Notes under the pieces: generated by a model
What the model was told of the DNA's origin: nothing
Seen by the model: only the letters and a program-made list of their open reading frames with translations
Databases searched by the model: none
Program-made: the position numbers and the translations under genes
Assembly (NCBI GenBank): GCA_045604925.1
Contig: JAZUOZ010000016.1
Location: 15,220 to 79,219 of the forward strand
DNA length: 64,000 nt
Reading direction: 5' to 3'
Origin: Candidatus Nanosyncoccus sp.
GTDB lineage: Bacteria; Patescibacteriota; Saccharimonadia; Saccharimonadales; Saccharimonadaceae
Shown: piece after piece, positions 1 to 7,620 of the stretch
Layout of the letters: each line of letters starts with the position of its first letter
Numbering within the stretch: position 1 is the stretch's first letter

Positions 1-443
1 AGATTCTGTCTGGTGGCGTTACTCCAGAGGCAGCTCCGGCAAGTGATGCGGCAGCGCCAGCCGCTGAGGCTGCGCCAGTCGCACCAGAGGCGCCAGCTAT
101 GTCAGAGGTTGCTCCTGCAGCAGAGACCCCGGCTGCTCCTACTATTCAGCCAGCCGAAGTTCCAGTTGCTCCGGTTGAGACTGCACCAGCAGAGGCCAAT
201 ATCGCACCCGCTAATGGTGATTTGGCTTCTATCCGCGAGAATGTCATTAAAGACCTCTTGCCTCTGATGGACAAAGTTGATTCTTCTCCAGAGGAAAAGT
301 TTGAGATTTATAAAGATGCCATGAAAACTATGCACGATGCTTCGACAATTGGTGGCGCATATCGTACAGCGACCCAATTCTCTGATGAGTCAAAGAAGGC
401 CGATGCTCTGATGGATCTGATGAAGACCATCGACAACGCTTAG
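1..443 (+). CDS. Pro/Ala-rich hypothetical protein, 5'-partial
   Basis: ORF 99..443. The same frame has no stop back to the window edge and keeps the same P/A/E-rich composition, so the gene probably starts upstream of the window. A terminator follows. Confidence 0.5.
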   Translation, partial: ILSGGVTPEAAPASDAAAPAAEAAPVAPEAPAMSEVAPAAETPAAPTIQPAEVPVAPVETAPAEANIAPANGDLASIRENVIKDLLPLMDKVDSSPEEKFEIYKDAMKTMHDASTIGGAYRTATQFSDESKKADALMDLMKTIDNA

Positions 444-453
444 TCAAATAAAA

Positions 454-485
454 ATATCTGCATCGAAGTGGTGCAGATATTTTTG
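454..485 (+). terminator. Rho-independent terminator
   Basis: Stem atatctgca / tgcagatat followed by a T run. Confidence 0.7.
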
Positions 486-494
486 TGGAAGAAG

Positions 495-1244
495 CTATTC
501 CTCGGATTTTGACAGGCCCTCTGGGTCGTAATTGGCAATACCTTCGGCAATTTTCTCTGGAGTGATATGGAGAGCGTCAGCAATCGCGGCAGCAGCTGCC
601 ATATAGGAGACAGAGGTCTCTCCGTTTAGGAAGGTGGCAACGGTGAAGTTGACGTTGCCGATAGCAAGTGTGGCTTCGGCACCCATCTTATAGAGCTTAG
701 AGCGGACAATCTGGACATTGGAGAAGCGATCGGCACCGTAGGTAAGCGTACCCTGGCGGCCAGCGAAATCAGAAAAATCTGCATAGTGCGAATCATCACG
801 GTTCAACACGACATAGTCTGGCTCCATCTTAAACAAGGTTGATTCCCCAGAGACGTACTCAGATGAAGAAGGGTCGTTGAGGCCGGCTGGGACAAAATTG
901 GTCAAAGCAGCGATATGGACCGGAAGATTATAAAAAACGTCTTTTTGGATAGACTCTGCCGGGGCTGTGACCACGACGTAGTTAGAGCCAGCCTTCCAGG
1001 CTGTAGAGAGAAACTTGTGCAAGGCACCGATTTTGATCGAATCTTCTGATGCAAGGATGGCGACAGGGTGGCCAGCGCTTTTGAGGATCTCGTGGACGTA
1101 GTTTGCCACCTCAACTTTACCAGTGGTACCGGTAATGCAGATTAATTTCATGTCTTTGATAGGATGGCCATAAAAAGCGTCTAAAAATTTCGCTTTGAGC
1201 TTCCCTGTTTTGGTATTTGCGGTGGTGGTTGTATTGCTTGTCAT
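495..1244 (-). CDS. Mur ligase family paralog, central domain only, degenerate P-loop
   Basis: The layout matches a Mur ligase central domain. It has ITGTTGKV where GTNGKT is expected, then VVVTAPAES, AALTNF, VVLNRDD and FLNGETSVSYMAAAAAIA. The C-terminal domain is missing. The ATG at 1244 is preceded by tggag. Confidence 0.55.
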   Translation of the reverse strand: MTSNTTTTANTKTGKLKAKFLDAFYGHPIKDMKLICITGTTGKVEVANYVHEILKSAGHPVAILASEDSIKIGALHKFLSTAWKAGSNYVVVTAPAESIQKDVFYNLPVHIAALTNFVPAGLNDPSSSEYVSGESTLFKMEPDYVVLNRDDSHYADFSDFAGRQGTLTYGADRFSNVQIVRSKLYKMGAEATLAIGNVNFTVATFLNGETSVSYMAAAAAIADALHITPEKIAEGIANYDPEGLSKSEE

Positions 1245-1428
1245 GTTTACTCCAAATCTTCTTTGATTTAAGTATAGCATAAATTAGAAAAATATGTTAC
1301 AATAGTTGTGTCGCATTTTGCGATGCTCATTTAATTTCTAGGTGGAGAGATGAGACACGTCTAGACGCTGTCTTATCATTCCACATTTGCATTGAAGGCC
1401 CTAAAGGCTGGAGATGTACCATATAAGT

Positions 1429-1505
1429 GCGCCCGTAGCTCAGCTGGATAGAGCGTTTGCTTGCGGAGCAAAAGGTCGTAGGTTCGAATCCTGTCGGGCG
1501 TACCA
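1429..1505 (+). tRNA. tRNA-Arg, anticodon GCG as read by hand
   Basis: A cloverleaf folds by hand: acceptor GCGCCCG/CGGGCGT, D arm GCTC..GAGC, anticodon stem TTTGC/GCAAA with loop TTGCGGA, T loop TTCGAAT. CCA is encoded. Confidence 0.8.
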
Positions 1506-1521
1506 AAATTCGCATTAAAAT

Positions 1522-1541
1522 CACCCAATAGGGTGTTTTTT
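1522..1541 (+). terminator. Terminator after tRNA-Arg
   Basis: Stem caccc / gggtg with loop aata, followed by T6. Confidence 0.6.
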
Positions 1542-1635
1542 CGTGCTCGCTCGACAACAGGTCGCGCTTCGCACGGAGAAAACACCCTCTTGAGCGATTT
1601 TATCTGAGAATTATAAGGTTGTGTTTCGTTTAAGC

Positions 1636-1665
1636 TTGACAGAGGCGGCTTATTAGTGGTATGAT
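1636..1665 (+). promoter_or_regulatory. Sigma-70-like promoter for the surface protein gene
   Basis: TTGACA at 1636..1641, an 18-nt spacer, then TGgTATGAT with the -10 at 1660..1665. Confidence 0.5.
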
Positions 1666-1695
1666 GAAGGCATATTAATAATTGAGGAAGGTTCT

Positions 1696-2931
1696 ATGAA
1701 ACACTTTTCGAAACTCCTTGTAGCGACGCCAATTGTTGCTCTGGGGGGGGGTATACTCGTAAATAGTGCAGCTTTCACTGCACCATCTGCTAGCGCAGCT
1801 AGCCACACACTAACACAAAACAGCTTTACAGCTGCTATTGCAGGTACAGCGACAGACGGGGTCACCTGTGTCGCCGCCGATCAGTACTGTTTACTTGAGG
1901 CTGGCGACTACACACTCGGCGGCAATATTGATTTGACTGCTGCTACGGCCGGTGATGATTATGAGCTTTATTTTAGTACCGGAAACACTACTTTTGATTT
2001 GAACGGTAAGGCTCTAACTATGGGCGATTTTGCATTTATCGGTGGGGACGCGACAAATAAAACAGTTACCATTAAAAATGGTTCTATTACTGGTATAATT
2101 GCTCCTGTCTATGGCAGCTTCACTTTGTCTGGGCTTGAGTTTACTGGTGCGATTTCGGCAACTGCTTCAACCCTTAATATCGTGAGTGGTACTTATACTT
2201 CCGACAATAACCTTTCGGTGATTATGCCGGGTAATGATTCGACTATCAATATCTCTGGTGGCACTTTTAGCACTACTGGGTTTGGTATTCCGACCATCAT
2301 GATGAGCAATGACGAAGATGACACTACGAATACCTTGAACATCTCTGGTGGTACGTTTACTTCCACCTCTGGTGTAGCGATTGATCTAAATAACGAAGAA
2401 GGTTATGCTGAGGGTCCAGTAGTTGTGAACATCTCTGGCGGTTCCTTTACTGGTGCCAATGGTGGTCTTCACGTAATGGATCCGTCTCTTAACACCATTA
2501 AACTCACCGGCGGTACCTTTACTGCTACTGGTACCGATGATACCGCTGGTGCGATTGTCGCTTGGGATGGTCAGATCAGTTCTGTTCGTGGTTTCCTTGG
2601 TACAGGATATATGTACACGAATAGCACAATCACTACGAAACCTGTTTATGGTGGCGCTGTGAATGTCGCCTACATTGGTGGCACTACTACTGTCAAGTTG
2701 CCTGCTAGTGACGATGACGATGAGGAGGGCGCTACAACTGATGAGACCTCTTCTGAGACCTCTTCTGAGAGCTCCGAGAGCACTGAGAGCGTCGGTACGC
2801 CAGATTCTGGTCGTGTGACTAGCGAAGGTGGTTCTGCTACCGCGAGCGCACTAGCTACAGTTGGCGCTGCCACAGCAATTACCTCGGCGGCTTATCTTGC
2901 TAAGAAACATTTTGCAAAGAAGAACGCTTAG
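1696..2931 (+). CDS. Secreted repeat protein, probably beta-helix, with a sortase-like C-terminal anchor signal
   Basis: It has an N-terminal signal peptide and repeated ISGGTF(T/S) motifs, then an acidic Ser/Glu linker. The C-terminus has a TPDSG motif, an Ala-rich hydrophobic stretch and a KKHFAKKNA tail. Confidence 0.6.
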   Translation: MKHFSKLLVATPIVALGGGILVNSAAFTAPSASAASHTLTQNSFTAAIAGTATDGVTCVAADQYCLLEAGDYTLGGNIDLTAATAGDDYELYFSTGNTTFDLNGKALTMGDFAFIGGDATNKTVTIKNGSITGIIAPVYGSFTLSGLEFTGAISATASTLNIVSGTYTSDNNLSVIMPGNDSTINISGGTFSTTGFGIPTIMMSNDEDDTTNTLNISGGTFTSTSGVAIDLNNEEGYAEGPVVVNISGGSFTGANGGLHVMDPSLNTIKLTGGTFTATGTDDTAGAIVAWDGQISSVRGFLGTGYMYTNSTITTKPVYGGAVNVAYIGGTTTVKLPASDDDDEEGATTDETSSETSSESSESTESVGTPDSGRVTSEGGSATASALATVGAATAITSAAYLAKKHFAKKNA

Positions 2932-2960
2932 GATAATAAGAAGGTTCTCAATCAACAAAA

Positions 2961-2985
2961 ACACCCACAGATGTGGGTGTTTTTG
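2961..2985 (+). terminator. Rho-independent terminator
   Basis: Stem cacccaca / tgtgggtg followed by a T run. Confidence 0.7.
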
Positions 2986-2990
2986 GTATG

Positions 2991-3013
2991 AAAAAACCCG
3001 CGGGTTACGCGGG
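2991..3013 (-). terminator. Terminator for the minus-strand L,D-transpeptidase gene
   Basis: Stem cccgcg / cgcggg. The A6 on the plus strand reads as a T run on the minus strand. Confidence 0.6.
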
Positions 3014-3086
3014 TTATGTTAGTGCTTCTCGTCGGGTAGACGATGGCGCTATTATATTGTGGATGGCTCTGCCTGCTGAAAGTCTT

Positions 3087-3722
3087 TTAGACTATTAAGA
3101 CAGGCGTGCCAACTTCCACCATTTCATATAAGGTGGCTGCGTCTTCGTGGGGCATATTGATGCACCCATGGCTACCAGAGTGCCTGTATTGGTCGGTACC
3201 AAACTGTTCCTCCGGGCGCCAGGTGGCATCATGCAAGCCGACAGCGTCGTCAATAAACGGCATCCAGTAATCGACCCACACACATCCGCCATCAGATGGC
3301 CTTAGGTAGGTGCCTGGCCTTTTTCCTGAGTTAATATAGTACAACCCAGTTGGCGTCGGTGTGCCCCTGCCATTTTTATTGGTACCAGAGACGATACCTG
3401 TTTCAAGCTTCACCTGACAAACAGCTAGGTTGTCGGTAGGCTCTGCTCCTCTGGCAGCGTATAACATTTGTTCGTCGAGCTTAACCAGAACAAAAGTTTG
3501 GTAGCTAGCTACCTTGAGAGCTACTGCTTCGGCTTCGTCAGCCGCGGCGGCTTCCAGGATTTCTGGAGTGATTTCCATTTCGCCACTCCTTGTTTTTTCG
3601 GCATTCTCGTCGTTTTTTATTGCAGCAGTAGTCGTTGGTTCTGCGACGAGCAAGCAGCCCGCCAAACCTACGAGAACTACTATCGTGATTGGCAAGTATA
3701 GCCTCTTGATCTTTTCTTTCAT
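3087..3722 (-). CDS. L,D-transpeptidase (YkuD domain), membrane anchored
   Basis: The C-terminal motif HSGSHGCINMP matches the YkuD His / Ser-His-Gly-Cys active site. It has an N-terminal TM helix and a strong SD (aaggaggg). Confidence 0.8.
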   Translation of the reverse strand: MKEKIKRLYLPITIVVLVGLAGCLLVAEPTTTAAIKNDENAEKTRSGEMEITPEILEAAAADEAEAVALKVASYQTFVLVKLDEQMLYAARGAEPTDNLAVCQVKLETGIVSGTNKNGRGTPTPTGLYYINSGKRPGTYLRPSDGGCVWVDYWMPFIDDAVGLHDATWRPEEQFGTDQYRHSGSHGCINMPHEDAATLYEMVEVGTPVLIV

Positions 3723-3871
3723 AATACATCCCTCCTTGTATTATTGTTTTGTAAAGAACAAAACAAAACAAAAACAAAAACAACCTGTTTCAATAGTTAA
3801 TTATAGCATAAAAACTGTTTTTTGTCTACCCCCTTGGGGTGGTAAAGGTTTTATGGTAAAATAAGCATAAG

Positions 3872-5395
3872 ATGAATGGGCCAGCGGTGGAATATAGAGA
3901 TAAAAAGTTGCACGAAGAACTAGCAAAAAAGTTGACGAAGGCTTTACTTTCGCATGATAAGAAGTTTTTGACGCAGTACGAAGAACCAGAGGTCACGCCA
4001 GAGGAAAAAGAAAGATTTTTAAGGATGGTGTCTACGGGGGCCGTTTCGAAGAAAGATTTTGAGGAGATGGTTGGCGCAGTGGCTGTGCCTAAGGTGGCGG
4101 AGGTTTTCCCGACGATAGAGGGGGATAATTACAAGCGGCGGATTTTGGCCTATATGACAGGGGTAGGGTTTAATAATTTCCAGAATGTGACGGCTGAAAC
4201 AATCGACAAATTTTTAGAAAAATTTCCGCGCCCGAGTGATTTTGCCGCCGCGAAAAACGATTTTTTGGAGGCGATACGGCGGAGTAACACCGAGCAAAAA
4301 TTTGCAGAATATCAGAAAGAAATGGCCGAGCTAGAGGAGGCAGTCTACGGCGATAGGTGGCAGCTGACAAAGGCAATTGACGAAATAATGGCAGAGGCCG
4401 AAGATTGGCAGCTAAAGCAGGATGCGATCAAGCTGAAGGCTGAGTTTTTGGATCGGGCAAAAGTCGAAGGCGATTTGTGGATTCAACAGGGCTTAGCTTA
4501 TCAGCTGAAGCCTGAGTATCTAGAGCTGGTGGGGCTAGGGCCGCTGTTTCCGATGGAGATGGGGCATGTGAAGATGGCCTTTTCTAAGTCGTTTATGGTG
4601 GATACGCACGAGGCGATTGTGGCTTACGTAGCGTTTGACAATGCTGTGCGGGTGTGCGGATATTATCGTAGCAATTCTCAGGGGATGTGGCGGTATTTGC
4701 CAGATTATATTAACGGTAATGGCGAGATCGTGTGGTATGGGGTAGGGTTTAACGAAGAGAGCCTGACTCTGCCACTAAAAATTCAGAAGGAGCTGAACCG
4801 CATCGCCAAAAAATACAAGCAAGAGCTAAAAGGGGTGAATCCAGGGTTTTTCCTCGGTGGTACGGCTAAGAGATTTGATACCAAGGAAGAGTATCAGCGT
4901 CTGGTGCAATCTAGGCAGATGCCAGGGGCATATTACAAGGAGGTATCGATGGTGCCCAAGCTAGATTTTGGGGTGTTGTCGCCGCGTAAACATCCGCCGC
5001 AGAGTGTGGCGGTGCAAGGCGAGGCTGGCCCAGATTTCCGGCAGCAGCTAACATCGTATGAGATGGAAACGCGGATGTATGGTAAGGTGACGGTGCGGCA
5101 GTTCCCTTCGCATGATGATGTGCTGAGGTATTCGGTCTGCGAGGTGGGGAGCGGGGAAAACAAGCGGGCATGGATTGGCAGTATAGAGGTAAATGCCCCA
5201 ATTACTTCGACAGGATTGAAGCGCGAATGGGTCTCTACTGGCGATATTTGCACGCCGTTACTTGAGTATCAGACGATGGCGGGTGGATTTGGCACAGACG
5301 TGGGGCGGACGGATGGGTATCTTTCGATGTGGGAGAATTATCTAAGGCTGGCGCCGATTATTAAAGATTATTTGTTTGTGTGGCGTAATTACTAA
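3872..5395 (+). CDS. Hypothetical cytoplasmic protein, 507 aa, no family recognised
   Basis: A long ORF with coding-like composition. It has no signal peptide and no motif I can name. It lies on the 3' side of tRNA-Ser(CGA). Confidence 0.5.
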   Translation: MNGPAVEYRDKKLHEELAKKLTKALLSHDKKFLTQYEEPEVTPEEKERFLRMVSTGAVSKKDFEEMVGAVAVPKVAEVFPTIEGDNYKRRILAYMTGVGFNNFQNVTAETIDKFLEKFPRPSDFAAAKNDFLEAIRRSNTEQKFAEYQKEMAELEEAVYGDRWQLTKAIDEIMAEAEDWQLKQDAIKLKAEFLDRAKVEGDLWIQQGLAYQLKPEYLELVGLGPLFPMEMGHVKMAFSKSFMVDTHEAIVAYVAFDNAVRVCGYYRSNSQGMWRYLPDYINGNGEIVWYGVGFNEESLTLPLKIQKELNRIAKKYKQELKGVNPGFFLGGTAKRFDTKEEYQRLVQSRQMPGAYYKEVSMVPKLDFGVLSPRKHPPQSVAVQGEAGPDFRQQLTSYEMETRMYGKVTVRQFPSHDDVLRYSVCEVGSGENKRAWIGSIEVNAPITSTGLKREWVSTGDICTPLLEYQTMAGGFGTDVGRTDGYLSMWENYLRLAPIIKDYLFVWRNY

Positions 5396-5429
5396 GAATA
5401 TCCCTATAGGGATATTCTTTAATAATTCC

Positions 5430-5519
5430 TGGCGGAAGCGAAGGGATTCGAACCCCCGAACGGCGTAAACCGTTACACGATTTCGAGTCGTGCGCCTTCA
5501 ACCACTCGGCCACGCTTCC
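5430..5519 (-). tRNA. tRNA-Ser (anticodon CGA)
   Basis: The reverse complement folds with acceptor GGAAGCG, anticodon stem CACGA/TCGTG and loop CTCGAAA, a long variable arm, T loop TTCGAAT and an encoded CCA. Confidence 0.9.
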
Positions 5520-5695
5520 ACTTATTACTTTATCACATTTACCCCTATATTTCAACGGTGTGTGCTTTTCGCAAGAAGTTTCAAATTTTAGTGATATGAT
5601 TAGTTTGAGTTTTGCCTGCTCACTTTATTTTGTAATGTAATTTTTTGCTGAAAAAAGCGAGCTCTTTAGAGAGCGCTACAGTATTAGTAGAGTTA

Positions 5696-6243
5696 GGCAT
5701 CGCCATAGACTTAGGCATTGCCGTAGACTTTAGCCTCACCAGAGACTCTGGCATTGCCAAAGACGTCAGCATTGCCATAGACTTCAGCCTCGCCATAGAC
5801 TTCAGCCTCGCCAAAGACTTTGGCATCGCCACAGACTTCAGCCTCGCCAAAGACTTTGGCATCGCCGTAGACTTTAGCCTCACCAGAGACTCTGGCATTG
5901 CCAAAGACGTCAGCATTGTCATAGACTTCAGCCTCGCCATAGATTCTGGCATTGCCGTAGACTTTAGCCTCACCAGAGACTCTGGCATTGCCAAAGACGT
6001 CAGCATTGCCATAGACTTCAGCCTCGCCAAAGACTTTGGCATCGCCAAAGACCCAGGCATCGCCATAGACTTTGGCATTGCCGTAGACTTCAGCATTGTC
6101 ATAGACTTCAGCCTCGCCAAAGACTCTGGCATTGTCATAGACTTTAGCATCGCCAAAGACGTCAGCATAGCCAAAGACTTCAGCATTGTCATAGACTTCA
6201 GCATCGCCGCAGACACAGGCAGCATCATAGACCTTAGCCGCGT
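5696..6243. repeat. 18-bp periodic coding tandem repeat
   Basis: An exact 55-bp block gccgtagactttagcctcacc...cagcattg occurs at 5720, 5864 and 5954. The spacings are 144 and 90 bp, both multiples of 18. Several frames on both strands stay open. Confidence 0.9.
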
Positions 6244-6418
6244 CACTAATCCAGCATAACCCATAGTGCGACAGGTTGTCTTCGGATTCAATGTAGCCTC
6301 CAAGGTCGCCCTTTTTGACATCTCCAAAGTCTCTGACGGCCCTTATGCGATGCAATCTATGGCCACTAAATTCGATGCTGTCACTTTCTGCTAATTCATA
6401 TTTCTTGTTCTTGCTCAT
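5711..6418 (-). CDS. Hexapeptide-repeat (left-handed beta-helix-like) protein
   Basis: A roughly 60-aa non-repeat N-terminus (KYELAESDSIEFSGHRLHRIRAVRDFGDVKKGDLGGYIESEDNLSH) is followed by about 30 units of [GD][DEN]A[EKR]V[YFS]. The ATG at 6418 is preceded by aaaggggtg. The track start at 6427 is a GTG. Confidence 0.7.
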   Translation of the reverse strand: MSKNKKYELAESDSIEFSGHRLHRIRAVRDFGDVKKGDLGGYIESEDNLSHYGLCWISDAAKVYDAACVCGDAEVYDNAEVFGYADVFGDAKVYDNARVFGEAEVYDNAEVYGNAKVYGDAWVFGDAKVFGEAEVYGNADVFGNARVSGEAKVYGNARIYGEAEVYDNADVFGNARVSGEAKVYGDAKVFGEAEVCGDAKVFGEAEVYGEAEVYGNADVFGNARVSGEAKVYGNA

Positions 6419-6530
6419 AATGTGCACCCCTTTTTTTTGAACATTGGTCCCAATGAATGTATTTTGAACCTATTTATATTGTGCCGTATTTTTGTAATTT
6501 TGTCAAATGAGACCACCGGACCTGTCCGCG

Positions 6531-6570
6531 AACGGCTTGGGGATTTGAATCCCTTCGCTTCCGCCAGGAA
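6531..6570 (+). pseudogene. tRNA-Ser(CGA) 3'-half fragment (att-like)
   Basis: 6547..6570 (gaatcccttcgcttccgccaggaa) is the exact reverse complement of 5426..5449, which is the tRNA 3' end plus 4 flanking nt. A degenerate match to the T arm and variable arm continues upstream. Confidence 0.8.
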
Positions 6571-6572
6571 AA

Positions 6573-6600
6573 AGAGCGACAACTTGGTCGCTCTGATTTT
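6573..6600. terminator. Bidirectional terminator hairpin
   Basis: Stem agagcgac / gtcgctct, flanked by an A run on one side and a T run on the other. Confidence 0.65.
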
Positions 6601-7514
6601 TAGAGGGGTTGTAAAATGTTTGTTATTAGTTCACGTTTTTTGGAGATATCCGTACTGCCCATAAATTCGTAATAGAAATTGATGGTATCTCTCTGACTCA
6701 AGGTGCCGTAGCTTGGCGCGATCATCCCAAATTTGTTGATTAGTTCTTCACGTTCGCCGAACCAAGAGAAATAGATTTTTTGGAGAACTTGGTCATCAAG
6801 CTCAGATAATGTGGAAATGAAATCTGCATGCGTTGGTGGAGATATCTTGCCTTGTTGGTATAATTCATATACGTATGTCCCTGGTTTAATATGAAGTAAG
6901 AAAGCAACTATCTCTTCGGCGCCGATTTCATGAGCCCAGTTACAGGTTCTAATGAAATCATGTCGCATATAGTCTTGGTCTACGTCCCAAATTCCGAATA
7001 GAACATTCAGAGCAGTACGCATATTGTATCCATGGATTAATCTTACGGCTTCTTTTATGGTATACGTTTTTAGGCTTTTGCCGATGATATTTTCAAGTAC
7101 ATATTGATTACTACTCTCGAGCCCCATTTCAATAGTGATATTTTTCTCCGGTAGTTCTTTTCTCAGAAAATTCAGATTTTTCACATTGATAGTGTGAGCA
7201 TGAGTTTCAATATATATATCCTTAGCTCTGGCATAGCTAATGCGTTTTAATACGGTAGAGACAATTGACCGTGGTATTTCACGTTCATCAAGGATGCTGC
7301 CATTGCTTCCGATTAAAATTCGTTTTGATCTTGGGAATTTCCGGATAGCCCGATCGACAAATTTTACTGCATTAGACAATGTCGGATTATTTTCGCCACC
7401 ATAGTTACACATTTTGCAATAACCGTGCTGTTGGTAATAGCAACCTGGCCCATTCAGATTAATTTGCAATGTTCCATTTTGCTTATAGAAAACTTGGACG
7501 TCTTTATTATGCAT
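6600..7514 (-). CDS. Radical SAM domain protein with a non-canonical CX7CX2C cluster motif
   Basis: Motifs GPGCYYQQHGYCKMCNYG, then GSNGSILD, IYIETHAH and ITIEMGLESS, fit a radical SAM TIM-barrel layout. Strong SD (aaggaggggg). Confidence 0.6.
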   Translation of the reverse strand: MHNKDVQVFYKQNGTLQINLNGPGCYYQQHGYCKMCNYGGENNPTLSNAVKFVDRAIRKFPRSKRILIGSNGSILDEREIPRSIVSTVLKRISYARAKDIYIETHAHTINVKNLNFLRKELPEKNITIEMGLESSNQYVLENIIGKSLKTYTIKEAVRLIHGYNMRTALNVLFGIWDVDQDYMRHDFIRTCNWAHEIGAEEIVAFLLHIKPGTYVYELYQQGKISPPTHADFISTLSELDDQVLQKIYFSWFGEREELINKFGMIAPSYGTLSQRDTINFYYEFMGSTDISKKRELITNILQPL

Positions 7515-7586
7515 AAAATAACCCCCTCCTTTTAAAGGACAACCCCCTAGTTAATTATAAAATAAATAATGGTATTTGTCTAGTAT

Positions 7587-7620
7587 GGTTCGAACTTCAT
7601 CCAGACACTTCCGCCAGGAA
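7587..7620 (+). pseudogene. Second degenerate tRNA-Ser 3' fragment (att-like)
   Basis: ggttcgaa (T loop) followed by cttccgccaggaa. The 13-mer at 7608..7620 is identical to 6558..6570. It overlaps the last codons of the peptidase-like gene. Confidence 0.6.

Noticed and set aside
13-267. ORF 13..267 (+) and antisense ORF 102..377 (-)
   Set aside because: These are alternative-frame or antisense readings of the Pro/Ala-rich gene. Their Arg/Gln/Leu-rich composition is typical of off-frame translation of GC-rich repeats.
1530-1600. Long imperfect hairpin (agggtgtttttt...gagaaaacaccct) after tRNA-Arg as a possible attenuator or REP element
   Set aside because: The stem has several mismatches, it overlaps the simple tRNA terminator, and I saw no second copy in the window.
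5696-6243. Possible CRISPR array, because of the regular short repeats
   Set aside because: The period is 18 bp with no unique spacers. The units are coding hexapeptide repeats inside one ORF.
5620-6327. ORFs 5620..6327 (-) and 5645..6259 (+), long ORFs with repetitive peptide sequences overlapping the hexapeptide-repeat gene
   Set aside because: They are artefacts of the 18-bp periodic DNA, which keeps several frames open. Only the 5711..6418 frame has a non-repeat N-terminal domain and an SD-linked start.
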